The notes beneath the pieces were generated by a model. It was not told where the DNA came from. It searched no databases and saw nothing but the letters and a program-made list of their open reading frames with translations. Both the position numbers and the translations under genes were made by a program. This document shows positions 1-10,771 of a stretch of 64,000 bases of DNA, in pieces. Source of the DNA: Rhodothermales bacterium (lineage in GTDB: Bacteria; Bacteroidota; Rhodothermia; Rhodothermales; BA12); contig CAVUFJ010000011.1 in assembly GCA_963740755.1 (NCBI GenBank), positions 80,822 to 144,821 on the forward strand, in the 5' to 3' direction. Position 1 is the stretch's first letter, and every line of letters starts with the position of its first letter.

Positions 1-1
1 C

Positions 2-451
2 CCCTACTACGACTACGGGGTGGAGCTGAGCGCGCCCAGCCGGGGCGTGGTCGTGTGGGCGATGCTGCGCGAGATCGGGGCGGAGGGGATGCGGGCGCGC
101 GTCGTGCGCCACAACGACCTCGCGCAGCGCGTGGCTGAGGCGGCGCGGCGCCATCCGAACCTCGAACTCCTGCTCGAACCCACCCTCTCGATCTGCTGCT
201 TTCGCTACGTCGCCCCCGGCGTGGACGACCTCGACCGCCTGAACCAGCGGCTCCACCGGCGGCTGCTGCGCGAGAACCAGAACCTCCCCAGCACCACGCA
301 GGTCAACGGGAAGCTCGCGCTGCGCCCGTGCTTTGTGGGCGCCCGCACCGAGACCGCCCATGCCGACGCGCTCGTGGCCGATGTGCTCCGCATCGGCGCA
401 GAGGTGGCGGCTGAGATGCAGCCCCACGCCCTGGCGGGCGGAGGCACCTGA
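2..451 (+). CDS. C-terminal fragment of a pyridoxal-phosphate-dependent (group II) amino-acid decarboxylase; the 5' end lies outside the window
   Basis: In-frame translation PYYDYGVELSAPSRGVVVWAMLREIG...LSICCFRY matches the conserved C-terminal domain of DOPA/glutamate/diaminobutyrate decarboxylase-type enzymes. The ORF runs open from the window edge. Confidence 0.55.
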   Translation, partial: PYYDYGVELSAPSRGVVVWAMLREIGAEGMRARVVRHNDLAQRVAEAARRHPNLELLLEPTLSICCFRYVAPGVDDLDRLNQRLHRRLLRENQNLPSTTQVNGKLALRPCFVGARTETAHADALVADVLRIGAEVAAEMQPHALAGGGT

Positions 452-750
452 TACCAGATCCGGCTGTAGCGTGTGTCATTGCGAGGAGCGCAGCGACGAA
501 GCAATCTCCCTATTCAGGGGCCGTAGGAGGGGATTGCTTCGCTGCGCTCGCAATGACAGCACCAACTCCTCCACCGGCGTTGGTATGATACCAGATCCGG
601 TGGAATCGTGAGGGATGACCGGGTCACGGATCATGGATCATGGTCAGAGACGCTCCGAGGCACCTCTGGCTATGATCCATGATCCCGCAGGCATTCCTGT
701 ACCCTTGGCCGGATTTGGGATGACGGGTGGCCTGCGCGGAGGCGTGAACG
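452..750. repeat. Composite intergenic repeat (R1). It has two direct copies of gataccagatccgg (456-469 and 587-600) around an ~87-bp imperfect hairpin (474-562), followed by a GATC-rich core gatcatggatcatggtcagagacgctccgaggcacctctggctatgatccatgatcccgcaggcattcc (628-705).
   Basis: Direct reading. The core recurs at 2647-2745, and in inverse orientation at 38343-38500 and 58108-58212. Confidence 0.7.
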
Positions 751-850
751 CGTGGGTTTTGCCAGGGGCAGCGCCTTCGGGTGCGGAGCAGGCGCGGATG
801 TTCGTACGCTTGGGCGGTTGCCCGTCGTTGCTCTGCTATCCTCCCGCGCC

Positions 851-2539
851 ATGCTCTGCCGCCGCCTGCTCCGCTGCCCGCTCGTCGCCCTGGTGCTTCT
901 GTGCGCCGCCGCGCCCCTTCAGGCGCAAACGCCCCTCGCGCACGACGCCGGCCCCACGCGCGCCGACACGCTGCGCGGCTCGATCACGCCCGAGCGGGCC
1001 TGGTGGGACGTCACGTTCTACGACCTTCACGTCGCCGTCAGCCCCGCCGACAGCAGCATCCGGGGCAGCAGCGCCGTCACCTACCGCGTGGTTGATGCCG
1101 CGCGCGTGCTCCAGCTCGACCTCCAGGCGCCCCTCGTGCTCGACAGCGTCGTGCAGCGCGGGCGCCGCCTCGCCGTGCGGCACGACGGCGCGGCCCACTT
1201 CGTCGCCATCACGGCGCCGCAGGTGAAGGGCGCCCTCGAAACCGTGACGGCCTACTACCACGGGCGGCCCCGCGTGGCGAAGCGGGCCCCGTGGGATGGG
1301 GGCTTCGTGTGGACAGCAGGACAGCCTCGGCAACGCCTGGGTCGCCACGGCCGTGCAGGGCCTCGGCGCGAGCGCGTGGTGGCCGACGAAAGACACGCAG
1401 GCCGACGAGCCCGACTGGCAGCGCGTCGCCATCACGGTGCCGAGCGGGATGATGGACGTGTCGAACGGCCGCCTCCGTCGCACGACGCGCAACGCCGACG
1501 GCACGACCACCTACGAGTGGGCCGTCGCGCAACCCCATCAACAACTACAACGTGGCCGTCAACGCCGGCCGCTACGCCCACTTCAGCGACACCTCTGCGG
1601 GTGAATCCGGCGCCGCTCACGCTCGACTTCTACCCCCTCGCCTACCACGAGGCGAAGGCGCGGCGGCACTTCGCGCAGGACGTGAAGCCGATGCTCGCGT
1701 GCTTCGAGGGCTGGTTCGGGCCGTATCCGTGGTACGAAGACGGCTACAAGCTCGTCGAGACGCCGCACCTGGGCATGGAGCACCAGAGCGCCGTGGCCTA
1801 CGGCAACCACTACGGCAACGGCTACCTCGGGCGCGACCTCTCGCGTACCGGGCGCGGCCTCACGTGGGACTTTATCGTCGTCCACGAGAGCGCCCACGAG
1901 TGGTGGGGCAACAGCATCACCACCGACGACGTGGCCGACATGTGGGTCCACGAGGCGTTCGCCAACTATGCCGAGAACCTGTACGTGGAGTGCCGGCAAG
2001 GCAAAGCGGCCGGGCGCTGAGTACGTGATCGGCACCCGCGCGAACATCCGCGAACGACGTGCCGATCGTGGGGCCGTACGGCGTCAACGCGGAAGGCTCG
2101 GGCGACATGTACTACAAGGGCGGCAACCTGCTGCACACGCTCCGGCAGACTCGTGGGCGACGACGCGCGGTGGCGCGCGGTCCTGCGCGGCCTGCAGTCC
2201 GAGTTTCGCCACCAGACGATCACGGGCCGCGACGTGGAGCGCTACATCGCCCGCCACGCCGACCTCGACCTCGCGCCCATCTTCGACCAGTACCTCCGCA
2301 CGACGCAGATTCCCACGCTCGAATACCGCACCGAGGGCAGCACGCTCTTCTACCGCTGGGCCGACGTGGTGCAGGATTTCGCCATGCGCCTCCCCGCCAC
2401 GCTCACCGCCGATGGCGTCTTTACCTCCCTCCGCCCTACGACGGCGTGGCAGACGACGCAGGCCACGCTGCCCGGTGGCGCGTTGAAGGTGGACCCCAAC
2501 TACTACGTCCGCGTCCGGCGCCTCGAACCGGGACGGTGA
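851..2539 (+). CDS. Secreted M1-family zinc metallopeptidase (aminopeptidase N-like), broken by at least four frameshifts
   Basis: Signal peptide MLCRRLLRCPLVALVLLCAAAPLQA. HEXXH-E zinc motif VHESAHEWWGN...EAFANY. Homology continues through frames 752-1320, 1296-1560, 1552-2028 and 2059-2539. Apparent single-base indels near 1310, 1550, 2035 and 2150. Confidence 0.8.
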
Positions 2540-2646
2540 GCGGAAAAAGGCAGGCGCGCATCGGTACGCGTGGTTCTATGTTCAGGGGCATTCTCAGGGC
2601 AGGCCACGAGGATGCGGTTCATCCCAACGCTGGTAGCATGGGCAAG

Positions 2647-2745
2647 GATCACCGGGTTGATCCCCGATCATGGTCAGAGATGCCCCCATGTGCCCGCTGG
2701 CGATGATCCATCCTCCATGATCCCGCAGGCCTTCCCGCACCGCCC
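2647..2745. repeat. R2 copy of the GGTCAGAGA / GATC-rich repeat family, same orientation as R1
   Basis: gatcaccgggttgatccccgatcatggtcagagatgcccc...ctggcgatgatccatcctccatgatcccgcaggccttcc shares the R1 core. It is the reverse complement of the R4 core. Confidence 0.7.
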
Positions 2746-2774
2746 GGCCCGATGTGGTCTGAACCCTCCTGTGC

Positions 2775-4247
2775 ATGAAAACCACCCATGACGTCGTGGT
2801 GATCGGCGGCGGGGCCGCCGGGCTCACCGCCGCCGGCATTGCCGTCAACCTGGGCGCGAGTGCGGTGATGATCGAGCGCGGAAAGCTCGGCGGCGACTGC
2901 ACCTGGACCGGCTGCATCCCCTCCAAAACGCTCCTCAAGGCGGCCCGCGTGGCCCACCAGAGCGCCCACGCCTCGGCGTACGGCCTCCGCGACACGCCCC
3001 TCGATGTGGACTTTCCGGCGCTCATGCGCCACGTCCGGGGCGTTCGCCAAGAGGTGTACGAGCAGGCCGATGCCCCGCCCATCTTCGCGCGGATGGGGGT
3101 GGACGTGCGCCACGGCACCGCCCGCTTCGTGGACGCCCACACCGTCGAAATCACACGTGCGGACGGGCAGGCGGCGCGCGTGAGCGGCCGTGCCATCATC
3201 ATTGCCACCGGCGCGCGGGCCGCCCTGCCCCCCATCGAGGGGCTCGGCGGCGTGCCGTTCCGCACCAACGAGACGCTCTTCGAGATCGAGGCCCTGCCGC
3301 GTCACCTCGCCGTCCTTGGCGGCGGGCCCATCGGGGTCGAGATGGCGCAGGCGTTCCGGCGCCTGGGCGCAGACGTCACCGTGCTCGACACGGGCGCGCG
3401 GATCCTCGGGCACGACGACGCCGAACTCGCCGACCTGCTCCGCGCCCGGCTTGCGGACGAGGGCGTGCGCTTCCGCTTGGAGACAAAGGCCACCGCCGTG
3501 GCGCGCGAGGGTGATGGGATCCGCCTCACCCTGGAGCATGAGGGCGCGTCCGAGCCCCTTGCGGCGGATGTGCTGCTCGTGGCCACCGGGCGGCAGCCGA
3601 ACGTCGAGCACGTCGGCCTTGAGGCAGCGGGCGTCGACTTCAGCGCCAAGGGCATCCCGGTGGACGCGCGCGGGCGCACGAACGTCTCGCACATCTACGC
3701 GGTGGGCGATGTGACCGGACATTTCCCGTTTACCCACATGAGCGAGCACACCGCCAAGGTGGCCGTCACGCACGCGCTCCTGAAGCTGCCGCAGAAAGTG
3801 GACACCGCGCACGTGCCGTGGGTGACGTACACCGACCCGGAGCTGGCCCACGTGGGCGCGACCGCCGAGGCCCTGCAGGCGCGCGGAACGCGGTTCGAGA
3901 CCTACCGCTTTCCGTACGCGAAGCTCGACCGCGCCATCACGGAGGGCAGCACGACCGGGCTCATCAAGGTCCACGCCACCCGCTGGGGACGCCTCCTCGG
4001 CGCGAGCGTGCTCGGCGACCGCGCGGGCGAGCTGATCTGCGAACTGGCCCTCGCTATGCGCAACGGCGTGTCCCTGCGCCAGCTCAGCGACACGATCCAC
4101 CCGTACCCCACCTACGGCCTCGGCGTGCGCCGCGCCGCCGATCAGTGGTACGCCGCGCAGCAGCAGGCGTGGATGATCCGGCTGCTCCAGAAGGTGTTTG
4201 GCTACCGGGGCCCTGTGCACACGCACGAGAAGGGCCGCGTCGTGTGA
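2775..4247 (+). CDS. Class I pyridine nucleotide-disulfide oxidoreductase (dihydrolipoamide dehydrogenase / mercuric reductase-like flavoprotein)
   Basis: Intact 490-aa ORF. FAD-binding VVVIGGGAAG, redox-active disulfide GGDCTWTGCIPSK, NAD-binding and dimerisation regions. Confidence 0.8.
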   Translation: MKTTHDVVVIGGGAAGLTAAGIAVNLGASAVMIERGKLGGDCTWTGCIPSKTLLKAARVAHQSAHASAYGLRDTPLDVDFPALMRHVRGVRQEVYEQADAPPIFARMGVDVRHGTARFVDAHTVEITRADGQAARVSGRAIIIATGARAALPPIEGLGGVPFRTNETLFEIEALPRHLAVLGGGPIGVEMAQAFRRLGADVTVLDTGARILGHDDAELADLLRARLADEGVRFRLETKATAVAREGDGIRLTLEHEGASEPLAADVLLVATGRQPNVEHVGLEAAGVDFSAKGIPVDARGRTNVSHIYAVGDVTGHFPFTHMSEHTAKVAVTHALLKLPQKVDTAHVPWVTYTDPELAHVGATAEALQARGTRFETYRFPYAKLDRAITEGSTTGLIKVHATRWGRLLGASVLGDRAGELICELALAMRNGVSLRQLSDTIHPYPTYGLGVRRAADQWYAAQQQAWMIRLLQKVFGYRGPVHTHEKGRVV

Positions 4248-4365
4248 GGCGGCGGGGCCGGCAGCGGCGGAGCCCTTACAAACGCGCGGGGCCCCGCCAC
4301 GGATGCAGCGGGGCCCCGCGTCGGGGCGATTCAAGGGCGTGGGGGGGCGTGCCCGAGAACGCCGT

Positions 4366-5916
<1,551 letters not shown>

Positions 5917-6026
5917 AGGGCTACAGATGGAGTTAGGTGCTGCAGGGTTACCAGGGAAGCTAGGCGAGGGCTCCGGTATAAGTAAAATCACAAATCTCTA
6001 CCTTTGCATCGAGCCCGTCTATAACC
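5917..6026. promoter_or_regulatory. Divergent katE/oxyR promoter region with an AT-rich patch resembling OxyR boxes
   Basis: The local drop in GC is seen directly: ataagtaaaatcacaaatctctacctttgcatcgagcccgtctataac lies between two divergent start codons. OxyR-box similarity is by eye only. Confidence 0.35.
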
Positions 6027-6941
6027 GTGACCCTCACCCAACTCGCCTACGTTGCCGCCGTGGAAGCCCACGGCTCGTTCAGCCGCGCCGCCGACGCCTG
6101 CCACGTCACGCAGCCGACGCTCTCGATGCAGGTCCAGAAGCTCGAACGCGACCTCGACGTCGTGCTCTTCGACCGCTCGCGCACGCCCGTCGTGGCGACC
6201 GAGGCCGGACGGGCGGTGGCCGACCAGGCGCGCCGGGTGCTGCGCGAGGCTGAGCGCGTGGCCGAGATCGCCGAGGCGGCGCGTGGGCGCGTGGCGGGCA
6301 CGCTCCACCTGGGCGTGCTGCCCACCCTCGGGCCGTACCTGCTGCCGCGCTTTCTGCCCGCCTTCGCCGCGCGCTACCCTGACGTGCGCCTGCGCGTGGA
6401 GGAACTGCCCACCGAGGTTATCCTCGACCGGCTCCGCCACGAGGCCCTCGACGCCGGGCTCATCGCCACCCCCGAGGAGGCCGCAGGCTTCCACGTCCGT
6501 CCGCTCTTCGACGAGCCGTTCGTGGCGCTCGTGAGCGCCGCGCATCCGCTCGCCGGGGCCGCCGAGATCCGGCCGGGGGCGCTCTCGCGCGAGGGCCTGT
6601 GGGTGCTCTCGGCGGCGCACTGCCTGCGCGGCCAGGTGCTCGGGCTGTGCGCGGGCGCCGCCGGTGAGGTGGCCGAGGCCGGGGTGCGCTTCGAGAGCGG
6701 CAACCTGGAAACGCTCGTCCGGCTCGTCGAAGGCGGGGCGGGCATGACGCTCCTGCCCGTGCTGGCCGCCCCCATAGCGCCCGGCGGCGCGGCGCGGCGG
6801 ATCCCGCTCGCGGCCCCGGTGCCCGCGCGGCGCGTGGCGCTCGTGCAGTGGCGGGCAGACCTCAAGGCGATGCTCGTGGCGCCCTTTGTGACCGCTCTGC
6901 TCGCAGCCCTGCCTCCCGAAGTCACAGGGCTGCCGGCCTGA
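6027..6941 (+). CDS. oxyR: LysR-family transcriptional regulator, OxyR-like, divergent from catalase
   Basis: N-terminal HTH LAYVAAVEAHGSFSRAADACHVTQPTLSMQVQKLE, LysR substrate-binding domain with a conserved Cys (SAAHCLRG). Position next to katE. Confidence 0.75.
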   Translation: MTLTQLAYVAAVEAHGSFSRAADACHVTQPTLSMQVQKLERDLDVVLFDRSRTPVVATEAGRAVADQARRVLREAERVAEIAEAARGRVAGTLHLGVLPTLGPYLLPRFLPAFAARYPDVRLRVEELPTEVILDRLRHEALDAGLIATPEEAAGFHVRPLFDEPFVALVSAAHPLAGAAEIRPGALSREGLWVLSAAHCLRGQVLGLCAGAAGEVAEAGVRFESGNLETLVRLVEGGAGMTLLPVLAAPIAPGGAARRIPLAAPVPARRVALVQWRADLKAMLVAPFVTALLAALPPEVTGLPA

Positions 6942-7239
6942 CCGCCTGCGTCCCGGCGCGTAGGGCCCAAGCGGTGCAGCGCGGGCTTCGGCCCGAAACG
7001 CCCGCGGGTGCCGTTCAGAAGGGGAGGTTCTGGAAGCCGTCGGCGAGGAGGGTGCGCGGGCTCGGGTGGCCGTGGTGCTCGCGCAGCAGGGGGATGTGTT
7101 GTGCCGTCACCGCATCGGTCAGGCCCGGGGCGCGGGCAGAGTAGGCGCAGGCCCGGGGCGGAGTGGCTGTGCGCACGGAGCACTGCTCCACCGGCGGCCC
7201 GCTGCGCCCGGCAGGGCGCCAACCGCGCTGCCGAAGGCG

Positions 7240-7836
7240 TCACCGGTAGCGCCCGGACGCCGCTACCTCCGCGCGTACGGCCTCGGGCACGAGGTAGCGA
7301 ATGCTCCGCCCGGCGGCCACGCGCGCCCGGATTTCGGTGGCCGACACGTCCACGCGCCCGGCCGCGATGAAGCGGGCCGGAAAGCGTGCCTGCACCTCCG
7401 CCGATGCCGACGCGCCGCTGCGGTGGTACACGACGAGGTCCGCGAGGCGCGCGATCCTGTCCGGTTCGCGCCACGACCCGAAGGCGGCATACTGGTCCTC
7501 GCCCATGAGCAGCGCCCACCGAACGCCCGGATGCGCGGCGTGGAGCGCGCGGAGCGTGTCTACCGTGTAGGAGGGCGCGCCGGTCGCCGCGAGGCGGTCC
7601 GCTTCGAGCGTGGACGCTTCGAAGTCTGGGTTGCCCGCGATGGCCTGTTGGACCATCTTCAGGCGGACCTCAAAGGGTGCAAGGCCTGCTCCGGACTTAT
7701 GCGGCGGGCGGGCGGTGGGCATCCACACCACGCGGGCGAGTCCGAGTGCCTCGCGCAGCGCTTCGGCCACGATGAGGTGGCCTACATGTGGCGGGTTGAA
7801 GGCCCCGCCGAAGAGTCCGTAGCGTGGGTTCTCCAT
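7240..7836 (-). CDS. nadD: Nicotinate-nucleotide adenylyltransferase
   Basis: MENPRYGLFGGAFNPPHVGHL (H/T-x-G-H nucleotidyltransferase motif). 198 aa, intact. Confidence 0.85.
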   Translation of the reverse strand: MENPRYGLFGGAFNPPHVGHLIVAEALREALGLARVVWMPTARPPHKSGAGLAPFEVRLKMVQQAIAGNPDFEASTLEADRLAATGAPSYTVDTLRALHAAHPGVRWALLMGEDQYAAFGSWREPDRIARLADLVVYHRSGASASAEVQARFPARFIAAGRVDVSATEIRARVAAGRSIRYLVPEAVRAEVAASGRYR

Positions 7837-7841
7837 GCAGG

Positions 7842-9754
7842 TCACCGCGCGAGCCGGACGCCGACGAGCCACCACCGGCCCGGAAGGGGCGCGTAGAGTT
7901 CGGCCACGCGCGCGTCGAACACGTTGCGCAGTTCGCCCGTCACCACGAGCGGGACGTTGAACAGGTCGAGCGCGTAGGCCGGCGCGCACGTTCACGAGCG
8001 TGTACGGATCGTCGGTTCTTGGCGTCGGGGCCGTGGCGGGGTCGTCGTAGGGATCGCGCACGAGGGCCTGCAGGCCAAGCGTGAGCGGGCCGCGCTCGAA
8101 GCTGGCGGTGGCCTGCAGGCTGTGCTTTGCGTTCGAGAGGACGTATTTGGCCTGCGCCCCGGTGGGCAGGCCATCGGTCGCGATGTCGAGCAGGGTGTAG
8201 GCGAGGCCCAGGCGCACCGGCCCGCGCGCGGCGTCGAGTCTCGGTCTCTACGCCCTGCACGGTCACGTCGAGGAGGTTCTGGGCGCGGTAGACGGTGTCG
8301 GCGGGGAGGCGGACGAAGTCGATGAGGCCGTCGGTGGTGCGGCGGAAGGCGGTGGCGCGGAGCGTGAGCGCTTGGTGGGGGCGCAGGTCGGCGCCGGCTT
8401 CGGTGTTCCAGGCGCGCTCGGCGCGGAGGCCGGGGGCGCCGTAGTCGCGCCCGCGCGGCTTCGCGAGGGTGGCGTTGAAGTAGCGCTCGGCATACGAGGG
8501 CGCCCGCACGGCCCGCCCAGCGCTCGCGTGGACGCCCCACACGGGCGCGGCATAGGCGAGGCGCAGCTGCGGCGTCACCTCGGTGCCGTAGCCCGGATCG
8601 TGGTCCACGCGCGCGGCGGCGGCGGCGGCAAAATCGCCGTGGGCGTAGCGCGCCTGCACGTAGGCGCCGCCCGAGCGGTCGTCGTGCTGCCCGAGGTTGT
8701 TCGAGTCCACGTACCGCGCAATGAGGAGCGCCCCGGCGCCCGCATACAGGCCCGGCGCGAGGCGCTGCTCGCCATCGAGCGAGAGCACGCCCTGCCCGGA
8801 CTCGTGCTCGTTGGCAACGGCGTGCGGGCGGAAGAGGTAGCGGTCCGTGTGGCGGCGCAGGCCGAGGGCAGCCCGCCAGCGCGTGGCTCCGCGCTGCTGT
8901 CCGGCGCTCGCCTGAATCCAGTGCGTCTTGGTGCCTTCGCGCGCCGAATCGGAAGCGAAGACCGAGTAGAAGCGCACGGCCGAGAAGGCGTGTTCGTCGA
9001 AGCCGTAGCGCACGAACGCGTCCACGCCCTTCACGCGGCCCCGGAGCGCGCCGGTGAGCGCGCGGCGGTTGAAGTCGTACGTGAGGTTGGTCGCGCGGCT
9101 GTAATCGTAGCCCGTCACCGCCCCGGCGGGCGTCGTGCCCGAGATCACCGGCACGGCTTCGCCCTGCGCGCGCGCGTCCTCGGCGCCGATGCCGAGGCCC
9201 CCGCCGCCAAACGTCAGGCTCGTGCTGTTGTAGCCGTGGGCGCCGCGTGTCACCGCCGCCGCCAGGCCCGCGCCGCCGAGGGCGGTCTTGGTGAGGATGT
9301 GGACGACGCCCCCGAGCGCGTCCGGCCCGTAGAGCGCCGTGGCGGGCCCGCGCAGCACCTCGATGCGCGCGATCTCGCCGAGCGGAATCGGCAGGTCGGT
9401 GAGGAAGTGGTTCGTCATCGGGTCGTTGAAGCGCACGCCGTCGATGAGCAGGAGCACGCCCCCGAAGGTCGCGCCGCGAATCGTCAGGTCACTCTGCACG
9501 CCGAAGGGCCCGCGCGAGAGCACGTCCACGCCCGCGGCGGTGCGCAGCACTTCGTCGAGCGAGGCGGCGGGCATCCGCGCGATCTGCTCGGCGGTGATGA
9601 CGGTGACGCGCTGCCCGGCGCGGCGCGCGCTCTCGGGCGCCCGCGAGGCCGTCACGACCACCGTGTCGGCGAGGGGCGCGGGGGCGTCGCCGCGCGGCTG
9701 GGCGTGGGCAACGGAGGCGAGCAGGAGCAGGGCAAGGCCGGAGGCAAGGCGCAT
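7842..9754 (-). CDS. TonB-dependent outer-membrane receptor (BtuB-sized, ~640 aa) with two frameshifts
   Basis: Signal peptide, TonB box DTVVVTASR, plug domain, beta-barrel, C-terminal ...[40 protein letters not shown]. Frame breaks near 7975 and 8240. Confidence 0.8.
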
Positions 9755-9920
9755 CAGAGCAGGGCGGGCAGAGGGCGCAAGGTACCGGAGCGGCCCGCGC
9801 GGCAGGCACGCGGGAGGGGCAATTCACGGCCCCTGCTGCCGCGCCCGCGATTTCTGGACCCGCCATGAGGCGAAGGCGTCTCACCCGCCGTTCTTTCCGG
9901 ACGCCTCCGCTCATCGCCCC

Positions 9921-10694
9921 TCGCTGTTGGAATCCGCGTCTGCCCTGCTCGCCCCGCCGTTCGCGCCCCTGCTCGTGGCCGACGCGCTCGTCAAGCGCTA
10001 CCCGGCGGGCACGGGCGCGCTCGAAGTGCTCCACGGCGTGAGCATGCACGTGGCGCCGGGCGAGTTCGTGTCCATCGTCGGCGAGAGCGGGACCGGCAAG
10101 AGCACGCTCCTGCACCTGCTCGGCGCCCTCGACCGGCCGACGTCCGGGACGGTCCGCTTTCGGGGCGAGGACGTGTTCAAAAAGTCTGATGAGGCCCTCG
10201 CCGCGTTTCGGGGGCGGCACGTGGGGTTCGTGTTCCAGTTTCACCACCTGCTGCCCGAGTTCACGGCCCTCGAAAACGCCGCCATGCCGGCGCTCGTGCT
10301 CGGGCAATCGCTCCGGCAGGCCACGCCGCGCGCCCAGTCGCTCCTCGAACGGATGGGCCTCGGCCCGCGCCTCGACCACCGGCCCGGCCAACTCTCCGGC
10401 GGCGAGCAGCAGCGCGTGGCCGTGGCGCGTGCGCTCATGAACGCCCCGGACGTGGTGCTCATGGACGAGCCCACCGGCAACCTCGACGAAAGCACCGCCG
10501 AAAGCCTTCACGACGAGATCGTCCGCCTCCGCGACGAAGAAGGCCGGGCCTTCGTCATCGTCACCCACAACCTCCGCCTCGCCGCCCGCGCCGACCGGAT
10601 GCTCCGCATGGAAGGCGGCGCCCTCCACGACGTGACGCCGGCGCGGTCCCACGGAGGGGCGGCACATAGGGAGCCCGCCCCCGGCCCCGTGTAA
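9921..10694 (+). CDS. ABC transporter ATP-binding protein, LolD/MacB-type
   Basis: Walker [11 protein letters not shown]-loop, signature [15 protein letters not shown], Walker [13 protein letters not shown]. The start codon is uncertain (a TTG near 9921). Confidence 0.75.
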   Translation, partial: SLLESASALLAPPFAPLLVADALVKRYPAGTGALEVLHGVSMHVAPGEFVSIVGESGTGKSTLLHLLGALDRPTSGTVRFRGEDVFKKSDEALAAFRGRHVGFVFQFHHLLPEFTALENAAMPALVLGQSLRQATPRAQSLLERMGLGPRLDHRPGQLSGGEQQRVAVARALMNAPDVVLMDEPTGNLDESTAESLHDEIVRLRDEEGRAFVIVTHNLRLAARADRMLRMEGGALHDVTPARSHGGAAHREPAPGPV

Positions 10695-10771
10695 GCGGAC
10701 GCAGAGGCGCGCGGCGTGCAGAAAGGTGCGTCCGGGCATAGGTAGCGCGCCCTGTCCGGTGTGTATCTGAA

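Noticed and set aside
452-750. Possible CRISPR array, given the several palindromic repeats
   Set aside because: Repeat copies are kilobases apart, in different orientations and not regularly spaced, and no cas genes are present. They are dispersed REP/MITE-like elements.
851-2539. Calling frameshifted genes (M1 peptidase, TonB receptor, AIPR, vapC, fdhA, gltB and others) true pseudogenes
   Set aside because: Essential genes (metK, fabF, gltB) show the same defect at the same density, and inferable events are single extra bases in G/C runs. Sequencing or assembly error is the simpler explanation, so I kept them as CDS with a frameshift note.
7013-7240. Small minus-strand ORF downstream of nadD ending ...HGHPSPRTLLADGFQNLPF* (possible rsfS/iojap-like gene)
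   Set aside because: The reading frame is open for under 60 codons and has no recognisable motif. It could be a frameshifted fragment, but there is not enough evidence to annotate it.
9755-9920. Cobalamin riboswitch in the ~165-nt 5' UTR of the BtuB-sized TonB receptor
   Set aside because: The minus strand contains GGAAAGAACGGCGGGTGAGACGCC, loosely resembling the GGTGAGA region, but no B12 box (GCCACTG) is present. The evidence is insufficient. A cmsearch with RF00174 would decide it.
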